From Octopus sinensis (lineage: Eukaryota), in assembly GCF_006345805.1 (NCBI RefSeq), contig NC_042998.1, forward strand, positions 84,196,001 to 84,260,000: DNA of 64,000 nt, in the 5' to 3' direction. Below are positions 24,901 through 36,338 of this stretch, piece after piece; the stretch's first letter is position 1, and each line of letters opens with the position of its first letter. Both the position numbers and the translations under genes were made by a program. Below the pieces are notes generated by a model, which saw only the letters and a program-made list of their open reading frames with translations, searched no databases and was not told where the DNA came from.

Positions 24901-26241
24901 CAGAACTGCCTGACTGGGCCTCGTGTCGGTGGCATGTAAAAAGCACCCACTACATTCTCAGGGTGGTTGGCATTAGGAAGGGCATCCAGCTGTAGAAACT
25001 TTGCCAGACCAGATTGAGATTGGAGCAGCCACTGGCTCACCAGTCCTCAGTCAAACCATCTAACCCATGCCAGCATGGAAAGTGGATGTCAAACGATGAT
25101 GATGATGGTGATGATGAAACAAAACTAACAGCAAGATGGAAAATAATGTTTATTTTTGTATACTTCCACTTCATCTATATTTGAAAAGTTTCCTCTGATC
25201 TTTTTTAATTGCAAAATCTGTGATCAGATTCTCAAAATGAATCTTACATAAAACATCTGCTTCTATACTTTGTAGAGGTAAGGCATCCCGAATATTATTT
25301 TAGCAAGTTTAAAGTAGTTTCTTTTGTGCCATAAACCATTTACCATTTCTGAGGAGCCCCTCTTCCTTTCATGCTCTAAGCATGTGCTTATTTTGCTTAA
25401 TGGTTAATCCAGTGCTGTGTATATATAATCATCATCATCATCATCGTTTAACGTCTGCTTTCCATGCTGGCATGGGTTGGATAGTTTGACTGAGGGCTGG
25501 CGAGCCAGAAGGCTGCACCAGTCTCCAATCTGATCTGGTAAAGTTTCTACAGCTGGATGCCTTCCTAACGCCAACCACTCCAAGAGTGTTGTGGGTACTT
25601 TTACATGCCACCAGCACGAGGGCCAGTCAGGCAGTACTGGTATCAGCCACGCTCAAATGGTGCTTTTTACATGCCACCTGCACAGTAGCCAGTCCGGTGG
25701 CACTGGCAACGACCACACTCGAATGGTGCTTTTTTTTTATGTGCTACCAGCATGAGAGCCAGTCAGCAGCCCTGGCAATGATCACGCTCGAATGGTACTT
25801 TAATGTTCCACTGGCACAGGTGCCAATCAGGCGATACTGTCATTGGCCACGACAGTGATTTCACTTGCCTTAACAGGTCTTTGCAAGCATAGTTTATTGT
25901 CCAATGATTGAAGGGTACTCTTAAATGGGCTGATTATACAGCAAAAGCCACGGTTATGATCTCACTTAATTTGCAGGGTTTTCTCAAGCACAGCATATCT
26001 CCAAAGGTCGCGGTCACTTGTCATTGCCACGGTGAGGCCCAATGTTCAAAGGTCGTGCTTCAGCACCTCATCCCAGGTCTTCCTGGGTCTACTTCTTCCA
26101 CAGGTTCCCTCAACTGCTAGGGTGTGACACTTTTTCACACAGCTGTCCTCATCCATTTGCAACACCTGACCATACCAGTGCAGTCGTCTCTCTTGCACAC
26201 CACATCTGATGTTTCTTAAGTCCAACTTTTCTCTCAGGGCG

Positions 26242-26284
<43 letters not shown>

Positions 26285-28888
26285 TTATTTCAAGTTTTAT
26301 AAAAAATTCGACGTCATTCAGTTATTACTCTAAGTTTGTAAATAAATGTAGTTTTCAGGTGAACTGGATACTCCATGAAACTTTTGAACATTATTTTTCA
26401 CAGAAACTTATATGCTTTTTCTTCTGTGGTATACTTTTTGTTTTGTTTTGTTTCTTTGTTCTTTTTTTTTTCATTAGATCTTGTAGGTCATAAACTTTAT
26501 ATAGTGATTACTGGTGTACTGTCTGTTTGACTTTTGTCTCATTAACATTCTTAAGATATTTATTTTATGCTTTCATTTTGAAAATTCACTCAGTGAATGA
26601 TTTATAATTTTATCTCAAGATTTAATTCGTTGCTTGACAGAGATTATAGTGTCTTGAGTTATAATACCACAAATTTGTGTCACGTCTTAAAGCTCAAGAT
26701 TCCCTTTGGTATGTTGTGTGTCAGTTTATATTTTAGGTTACTCATTTGTATAAGTTGGTCATTTTTGATAAACTTACACAGCTGTAGTAGTACTCCTTTA
26801 ACCCTTCAGCATTCAGACTGGTCATATCCAGCCTAAATATTCTACTTGTTTTATGTTCAAAACCAGCCAGATCCAGCCTCTCACACCTATCTCTCAGTAT
26901 CCTTCTAAAAATAAGCAATTGTATCATAAAAATCTCAAAGCTACATGGATGATCTCATCTCTGGGATTTAGGGAGATTATGTGCAAAAATCATTGAGTCA
27001 TTTCTACTATAGCCCCTAACCAACCAAAGCCTTGTGAGTGGATTTGATAAATGGAAACTGAAAGAAGCATTTTATATAGAGTGAAGGCACATGGTCTGGT
27101 GGCTAGGGTGTTGCACTTGTGATCACTCACAATGTGTGTGTGTGTGTGTGTGTGAGACCTTATCTTGATATCATGTGATAGTTGTAAATGAGTGTCACTG
27201 TCAAAGAAACAGTTCGTCATTTCTAGTATTTTGTGAAAGGATGTCTGACCATAGTGAAATATTAACTTGCTTGGGAACAGGTGAGGGCAGGTGACAGGAA
27301 GGGCATCCAACCGTAGAAAATCATCCTCAGCAAACTTCGCCCAACCCATGGAAAAGTGAACATAAAACGATGATAATGATGGTCCTTTTATTTGATTGTT
27401 TGAAGTCTAACACTTTAAGGTAAATATAATTACAGCCTCCTGCTTTAAACGCCGAATCAGAACCAAAATTCTTACCTCCAAAACCACCACCTGAAGAATG
27501 TAAACATTCCGGTCATAAAAATATCCGTCCCCACACTAAACTAGTCCAGCCAGGCTCTGAAGGATCAGGTTAGAATTTCTAATTATATTTGTCAAATATT
27601 GCTTATTGCTTCTTTTTCTAGTTGTTGCTTTTTTTTTTCTACCTCTTTATTGTTACTAAAACATATTTACAAAGTTTTCCTTGCTTTTAATAAGAGAGAA
27701 AAAAATATATGGTACATGATTCAGTCATGTGGGCCATTGGTGACTAAACCACCTTGCCAGCTTGGTGAGTGGGCTGGTTTTTGGACACCCTGTGGGATGG
27801 AAAGCAAGACATGTCAAGAGACAAATGAACTCAGAAGAGTCAACATTCATCCAGGTGTGTGTGTGTGCGCATGTGTGTGTGCATGCGTGCGTGCATACGC
27901 GTGTGCATGTGTGGGTGTGCAGAAATTTCTAGTTTAGTGCCCACGTGCATATTTAACTACCAAGGTAGGTTTGACTCTAAGCTATGGTAAAGGCAGCTAA
28001 CCCAGGAGATAAGAAAAGCCTGCAGTATGTTGCTCATTGAAATTACATCAAACATTTGCTCCCACTTTCTGTTATCAGTATTTCCAAAGTGTGTGGCTGG
28101 TATTACACAAGCCTTCACCATAGAAAATAAATCATCTGTTTGGTAGTCTAATAGTTATAATATTGGTTGTTAGATCCTCGTTCATAGACACCAATGGTAG
28201 AATCTACTCTGTGTGTATGTCTGTATATATATATGTATGTGTGATTATGTTATAGTGTTTACCAATTTACTATATTGCATTCCTGGGCTGGGTAGTGCAT
28301 TGTGTCTCTGAGCAAGGCACTCTATTTCACATTAGTCTACTCACCTGAAATAAATACCAGCCAGGTGCTGGTGCAGCATCACCCTTTTCCTCCAGCTCTC
28401 ACACCCTGGATATTTTACTGAGTCAAGGATGAGAAGGCTGGAAGGATATCTCCCTGTTCTTGACTAGACAGACAACTATAATAACAAAACCATGGTACAT
28501 ACTACAGAGTCAAACTGACTTGGGAGAGACATCTGGTTTTTTTTTTTTAACGTATTTATACTCTGTACACATTTTTTCATTTTTCTCAACATCTGCTGCT
28601 TATATCATTTATATTTTATTTATATATTCACATCTTTATTTTATATATAGACAGACAGACAGACAGACCGACACACACACACACACACATTCTGTGTATT
28701 AGGATTTCATAGCATTTTCTTAAATATTTACACCTATAGGCACTGGAGTGACTGTATCGTAAGTAGCTCGCTTACCAACCACATGGTTCCGGGTTCAGTC
28801 CCACTTCAGCAAGTGTCTTCTAGTATAGCCTCGGGCCAACCAAAGCCTTTTGAGTTGATTTGGTTGATGGAAACGGAAAGAAGCCCAT

Positions 28889-28939
<51 letters not shown>

Positions 28940-31900
28940 CTTTGTTTGTCCCCCCAGCATCACTTGACAACCAATGTTGCTGCGTTTATGTCCCCATAAC
29001 TTAGCAGTTTGGCAAAAAGAGACACATAGGATAAGTACTAGGCTTACAAAGAATAAGTCCTAGGATCAATTTGTTTGACTAAAGGCAGTGCTCCAGCATG
29101 GCCACAGTCAAATGACTGAAACAAATAAAAGAATATTCCAAACATATATGATATACTATATATTATGTCATAACTTTGTTTTATTTTTATATATTTTTTT
29201 ATTAAATATTATATGATTATATTCCATTCATGAAAAAAATATTTGACCAACCAAGCTATCTTTCATAATTCTTTATAATCTTCAGAAAAAGTGAGAAGAA
29301 ACAAAGAAACAAGAGATGGAAAAGACAAAACACAAGCCTCGAAGAGAGCAACTTCTGAACAGTAAGTTGAAAGTCCTCACTCTCTTTCTCTCTCTCACTC
29401 TCTCTTACTGTTTTCATGTTGTGAATGAGGTGATGTAAGGGCAAACAAAATAGATGAAATGAAATGAAAATTTAAAAAATTGGTGGATGTGTGGTAAGAA
29501 GCTTGCTTCCCATCCACATAGTTCCAGGTTCTGTCCCACAGTGTGACACCTTGGGCAAATGTCTTTTGCTATAGCCTCAGATGACCAAATCCTTTTGAGT
29601 AGATTTGATAGATGGAAACTGAAAGAAGCCCATCGTGTATAGATATGTGAGTGTGCACGCGTTTGTCTTTGTGTCTCTGTTTGTCCTACACCACTGCTTG
29701 ATAACCAGTATTGTATTTACATCCCTATAACTTAGTGGTTTGGCAAAAAGAGACACATAGGATAAGTACTAGGCTTACAAAGAATAAGTCCTAGGATCAA
29801 TTTGTTTGACTAAAGGCAGTGCTCCAGCATGGCCACAGTCAAATGACTGAAACAAATAAAAGAATATTCCAAACATATATGATATACTATATATTATGTC
29901 ATAACTTTGTTTTATTTTTATATATTTTTTTATTAAATATTATATGATTATATTCCATTCATGAAAAAAATATTTGACCAACCAAGCTATCTTTCATAAT
30001 TCTTTATAATCTTCAGAAAAAGTGAGAAGAAACAAAGAAACAAGAGATGGAAAAGACAAAACACAAGCCTCGAAGAGAGCAACTTCTGAACAGTAAGTTG
30101 AAAGTCCTCACTCTCTTTCTCTCTCTCACTCTCTCTTACTGTTTTCATGTTGTGAATGAGGTGATGTAAGGGCAAACAAAATAGATGAAATGAAATGAAA
30201 ATTTAAAAAATTGGTGGATGTGTGGTAAGAAGCTTGCTTCCCATCCACATAGTTCCAGGTTCTGTCCCACAGTGTGACACCTTGGGCAAATGTCTTTTGC
30301 TATAGCCTCAGATGACCAAATCCTTTTGAGTAGATTTGATAGATGGAAACTGAAAGAAGCCCATCGTGTATAGATATGTGAGTGTGCACGCGTTTGTCTT
30401 TGTGTCTCTGTTTGTCCTACACCACTGCTTGATAACCAGTATTGTATTTACATCCCTATAACTTAGTGGTTTGGCAAAAGAGACTAATAGAATAAGTGCT
30501 AGGATCGATTCATTCAGCTACAAATTCTTCAAGGCAATGCTCCAGCATGGCCTCAGTCTAATGACTGAAACAAGTAAAAGATTAAAAGGATAAATAAAAA
30601 CTTACTGAATATATCCTGGTTTTAGAACAGATGCAATGCATCCCTGTGTGTCATGTGACTTAAAGGGTCATCAATAGAAAGGGTATGCAGCCGCAGAACA
30701 CTGTCTCCAGTAAACCTTTCCAACATACGCATGCATGGAAAAGCAAAAGTGGTGGTGGTGGTGGTGGTGAGAAGCCAAAGGTCAAGTAACCACATTGTGC
30801 ACATTCAGTCAGTGCCTTGCTTCAGCAGTTGTTTTTCCTTCACCACACAAGTATTTCTAATGAGGGTTTTCATAGATGCTACATTAAATATGTTAGCACT
30901 AAGTTAACTATTGTTTTAAATGCAGATATCATCATCATTTAATGTCCATCTTTTATGCTGGCATAGTTGGATGGTTTGACAGGAACTTGCAAGCCAGAGG
31001 ACTGCACTAAGCTCCACTATATGATTTGGCATGGTTTTTACAGCTGGATTCCAACCACTTTACAGAGTATACTCTGTGTAATTAACCTCAGTGGTTTATT
31101 TAATTATATACTTTTAGTTATTCCAATTTTCATGCATTCTCTAGCAAAATATTGTACATCTTCATAGAGATTCTCTCATCACTACTTCAGTAAGTACAGT
31201 GATGCCTATGCTTTGCTGATGAAGTGTAATAATACCAAAACATGTCTAGAATTATCTCCCATATTTACTAAAAGAACATAGATCCAATAACGGGCAGTCA
31301 ACAACTATTGAAGAGGTTGCAAGAAACAATGAAAATTTTAGCAAAAAAAATGTAAATGGGTAGAAATTGAATCGGTGAGTGTGTTAATTAATAAGGCATT
31401 AAAACAGAATGACTCTCCCCCGACACAACAAAATTAAAAGAATATTAGACAGTGAGCTAATGTTATGTGTTTTTTCGCAGCATGGGAAAAGCAGACATAA
31501 AAATGAAACAAATTTTCCAATTCCCCATGAAATAGAAAAATGCATGGCTATATATGTGAGAAAGTGTTGTCGTAATTCTGCTTGATAATTTTACATCTGA
31601 TTCATTGATTTATATCAATTGCTCGTCATTACAGTGTCGTTAATGAGGATGAACATATCAACCAAGATGGTTCTAAACAACATCTTGTAAATACTGACAG
31701 TAAGTAGTAATGTTTTTTTACCCCCACCATCACTCCCACTATAGTCATTGTTGTTGTTTTTTTCTGTTTGCTTTGTTTTCCTGATCAGAGTGTGAATGGT
31801 GAAGGCACTGGGCTTACTGGTTAGGGTGCTTGGTTCATGATTGTAAAGTTGTGATTCTGATTCTCGGCAGTGCATTGTGTCCTTGAGCAAGACACTTTAT

Positions 31901-34900
31901 TCCATGTTGCTCCAGTTCATTCAGCTGACAAAAATGAGTTGTACCTGTATTTCAAAGGGCCGGTCATGTCACATTCTGTGTCACACTGAATCTCCCTGAG
32001 AACTACATTAAGGATACATGTGTTTGTGGAGTGCTCAGCCACTTGCACATTAATTTCATAAGCAGGTTGTTCTGTTAATCATATTAACTAGAACCCTCAT
32101 CCTTGTAACCCATGGAGTGCCAGAGAAAATGGATTGAAAAGATTTTTTTTTGTAATTTTAACCTCTCTGTAAATTTATCAATTGCTGGCACTGTTTATTT
32201 TTATCATTTTGCAGAAATCAATGAAGAAATTACTGAAGAGTCCAGTTTCTTTGACCTGAATATCAACCCATTACTAGATAATTTATTTTACCACAAAGAA
32301 AGTAGGTATTTAAAATAATAATAATAATAATTTATAATATAAGCACAAGGCCTAAAATTTGTGGGGAAAGGAATAGTTGATTCCATCAACCCCAGTACTT
32401 ACTTTGTTGACCCTGAAAGGATGAAAAGCAATTGACCTCAACAGAATTTGAGCTAAGAACATGAAGACAGATGAAATGCTGCTAAGCATCCTGTCCAGTG
32501 TACTAATGATTCTGCCAGCTCACTGCCTTAATAATAATAATAAGAAGAAGAATTTCTTTTGTTTGCCATGTGGCAGGGCATATCTGATGAAGGAGTACAT
32601 TACGAGCACAGTTTACAATTTGTGTGAGGGTTTACATAGAAGATGAGAAAGAAAGGGAGAGGAGGGTAAAATGAGATAGACATATACAAAATATGTGAAC
32701 ACATCTATGGTGCTGCCCTCCTGATACAGAAGAACTTCCAACTAGGGTCATTGAAGGAATCATACAGATCTAGGATCACCCCATCCACCAAGGGCACAAG
32801 TCCTCACCCAACTGTTATTCTCCAATCTACAGGCACATGCTTAGATTAACTGTAGTCCTCTGACCATTTTTGCCATAATCATCTACCCTTTGACAAATTC
32901 ACTTAGTAAGAGCACTTCTCTCTTCTTCCTCAACTTTCTTTTCCAAAGAAATTGAGGACGTGATCAAAAACGGTGTCTTTTCTAAATCCTTTTGACCTTG
33001 ACTACCATACAGTCTCTTTCACCTACCTTCTGTTGTTAAAGATGGGTGGTGGAACAATCCTTATGATGGACTCAGCCTATTGCCAGACTCCAGTGGCACA
33101 TAAAAAGCACCCACTACACTCTCAGTGGTTGGCGTTAAGAAGGGCATGCAGCTGTAGAAACATTGCCAGATCAAATTGGCACCTGGTGCAGCCGCTGGCT
33201 CTCCAGACCTCAGTCAAACTGTCCTACCCATGCCAGCATGGAAAACAGACGTTAAACGATAATGATGATGATGCAACAACATCTGTTTGACATAACTCCA
33301 CATACCAGCAAAGCTTGGACACTGTATGAATGCATGCAGTACAGTTCCATTGTTCTGCATGCATCTGAGGCAGTCCAGCCTAGTACCTCTGCTAGACCAG
33401 AACCAGCAGTACTGTTTTCAGTTCTATTTACAAGAAAACTATAAAACTGCTTTATTAAATTATTATAAGCTTAATAAATAATTAAAGCATGACAGAACAT
33501 TGTCATTATATACAACCAACAATGTTGTCATTATTACAATTATCACCACCTCAACAATCACTGTCTTAGTATTTTTAATAATCAATTAGAATTTTATTCT
33601 AGGTTAGAAGTACAATGGCTGTGGGGTCAGCATGCTAGACTATTGAATTACTTGGTTATTAGTTTCAAGCTTACATCAATCGGTCTGTTGTTTAACCCCA
33701 GATCTGCCCTGAGCAGGCTTATGATCAAAAATCTGCCATGATCATACCATATTTTCATCATACCAGGTATCTAGAATTTTTTTTAAGTCATGTAATTTGA
33801 GGGAAATTTAGCTATTGTTTCTATCAGACTGCATAACCACATAGCTTGTCAGTACTGTGTGTGGCAAGGGACTTGAAGTGCATAACTACACTTACTTCAA
33901 TTTACCTAGTTGTCAAAATAGTGTCTATATGTATTTCATGGTTATAAAATTTAGAAATTGGAAATTCATCCAGTTTTAAAAACAAATATTCAAACAAAAA
34001 TCCTCTTCTCCGTGTTAGTCTATATAAATAGAAAACATGATGGAAAATGTTTGAAGATGTTCAGTCATTATGAATTACTTGAGTTTTCTTCAGTAGTCCT
34101 ATCCATCAATGAGTGATTGATACTGTAGACTTATAGCCAAGTACTTCTTTGGATAGTGTGAAAATTTGAAATGTCCACCTTTTCTTTGTAAAATGAAATG
34201 TCATGTTCCTCTACTGAAAGATGTATGATCTTTATATATAAACCATGATTCTTCATGTTTTATATATAATTACACATAAAAACAAAGATGATGATAGGAA
34301 AGCAAGCAGGCAGGTGGGTATAATAACCTGTATTCCTTTTACAAATGAGATAATGATTTTTTTGTCTTCATGAGTATAATTAAATGTTAATGACATATTA
34401 GATAATGATGTTTGATTTCTACTTGAGTGTAGTTAATTGTTAATTAATTAATACCATATTAATTTACTCATAATTTTAATTATTCTCTCCTGCTAATATT
34501 TCATCTTTTATCCATTGTTGTATTTTACGCAGGAAAAGCTGCGGACCAGATATGCTCCACAGCTGAAAGTTTATACAATTTACTGGAGAAGGAAAATTTG
34601 TTTGGTAGAAACTACAAACAACGCTCAACCATCTTAAAAGCTGTGTTTAAGTTATTGGATTTTGATAATGCAGATGTGTTGCTTTCTATGGCAGAAATTA
34701 TATTAGCTGTAAGTTTCAACACTTCTAAAAATTTTTGAATTTTCTGAATATCTTTGGAAACAATGGAAATTCATGGAGATGAATCTGTCTGGTTATATTT
34801 CTTCAAATTTTTAATAAAGTCATATTTTTGTAACTTAGACATCACTGTTTAAATAATTTCTTGACCTGAAATATCTTACATTATTTACATTCGACGGATA

Positions 34901-36301
34901 TTTGTCCTCATCTTGTTTGTTGTTAACACAGCATTTCAGCTGATATACCCTCCAGTCTTCTTCAGGTGTCTTGGGGAAATTTCAAACCTGGGTTCTCATT
35001 CCTGGAGGGAATGTCCTGCCCTTTCCGCTACTCTTTTAGCTTTATGTGAATCGACTGGTGTCATTATATTCAAGCCAGGTGGTATTAGCTTTGAGAGTCT
35101 ACATCTACATAAGAAAGTTAGATGGTTTGAAAGACAAGCTAGTTTTTGATGGAGTTTCTCTATATGTCTCCATTGAAGTCTAATGTCAGATTCGTACTGA
35201 TTAGATAATATAGTTCTATATTTAAGAGATGAGGAATTATGGACATTATTTACATTATCTACATTTGACAGATAAGGGTACACTAGGCACATGCATCACA
35301 ACCATATGTGCATGACATGGTGATCTCATATCAAGATAAACAGCACATGACCTTGCAGGTGGGGGCCCAGTTAGAATTTTCTTCTGGTCTAGTAGCCCAT
35401 CCTGCTCAAAAGGTCCCTGAATAAGGGTTGTTTAAAGATGTTGAACAAAACATCCATGTTTCCAGAGGTGAATTATTCAAACCCCAAAAAATCCCTCTCA
35501 ACACATGGCTATGATGCTCCCCCACTACTTCTGCTTGTGATCAAAGATGCACATATCGTCATCCACTAAGGGACATGCTCAACTGGTTACGGTCAAGCAA
35601 CTGACAAGCAAATCTGTGATATTAAGCAGAATATTTGCTGTCACCCATCTTTTATACCAAGACAAAACAATGTACATGATAACACTTCCAATCAGTTAAG
35701 ATCAGCAGCCTTGAGAGCCACTGCCTGGTATTGCATCAGGGCAATTATTATTATTATCATCATCATCATCATTATTATTCACTGAAAATCAAATGACATT
35801 TATCTTCTTTAATATTTCTTCATTTTTACATTTTTTTCTAGTTTCGAGTGACAGGCAAGAATCTCCTTAGCACCTGTAAATTGGTTTTCAAAGTCAGCCG
35901 CAATGAACAGAATGACCCCTTATTTTTGAAAGGACACATCCTTGGTATTATTTAAATTTCTTCGTTTTTCATCATTTTTCTTCAATAGTTTAAATATATT
36001 CCTAATAGGGATTAAACTCCTTATGTTGTTTTTAAACACAAAATTTAATGATTAATATTGTTAGTATTTCGTAATTATTTTATGAATTATAGTCATAATT
36101 ATTTCATTGTTTGTCTAATATATTAATTGTCTGAAGTGAGATAGTCTATTGACCTTAACCATTATACACTATTATAGACCAACAGACAGGTAAACCCCTG
36201 TGTTACCATATTTCTATTAAAAAAACACTGTCATTGTTTCAATTAATTTTGAAAATAATGAAGTTAGTAAAATAACTTCATCATAACTTAGCTGATGGAT
36301 G

Positions 36302-36338
<37 letters not shown>

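Larger units (their letters stand above)
29007..30468 (+). repeat. 731-bp tandem duplication (29007-29737 / 29738-30468) carrying ARMC2 exon D
   Basis: The copies look identical by eye. The ORF track shows identical ORFs offset by 731 (29256 and 29987). Confidence 0.95.

Noticed and set aside
24640-24940. CRISPR-like array of palindromic repeats with intervening sequence
   Set aside because: Eukaryotic context with no cas genes. The intervening parts are homologous to each other, and the array is part of the RTE 3' UTR.
28468-28494. Possible small ARMC2 exon (AG...ATG|GTACAT)
   Set aside because: It has a stop in the required phase-1 frame or produces a phase incompatible with exon D.
28745-28820. 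tRNA genes at SINE heads
   Set aside because: Only degenerate A/B boxes, with no cloverleaf. They continue into SINE bodies.
32302-32306. Alternative donor AG|GTATTT at 32306 for exon F
   Set aside because: It gives phase 2, which is incompatible with exon G. The 32302 donor keeps the frame.
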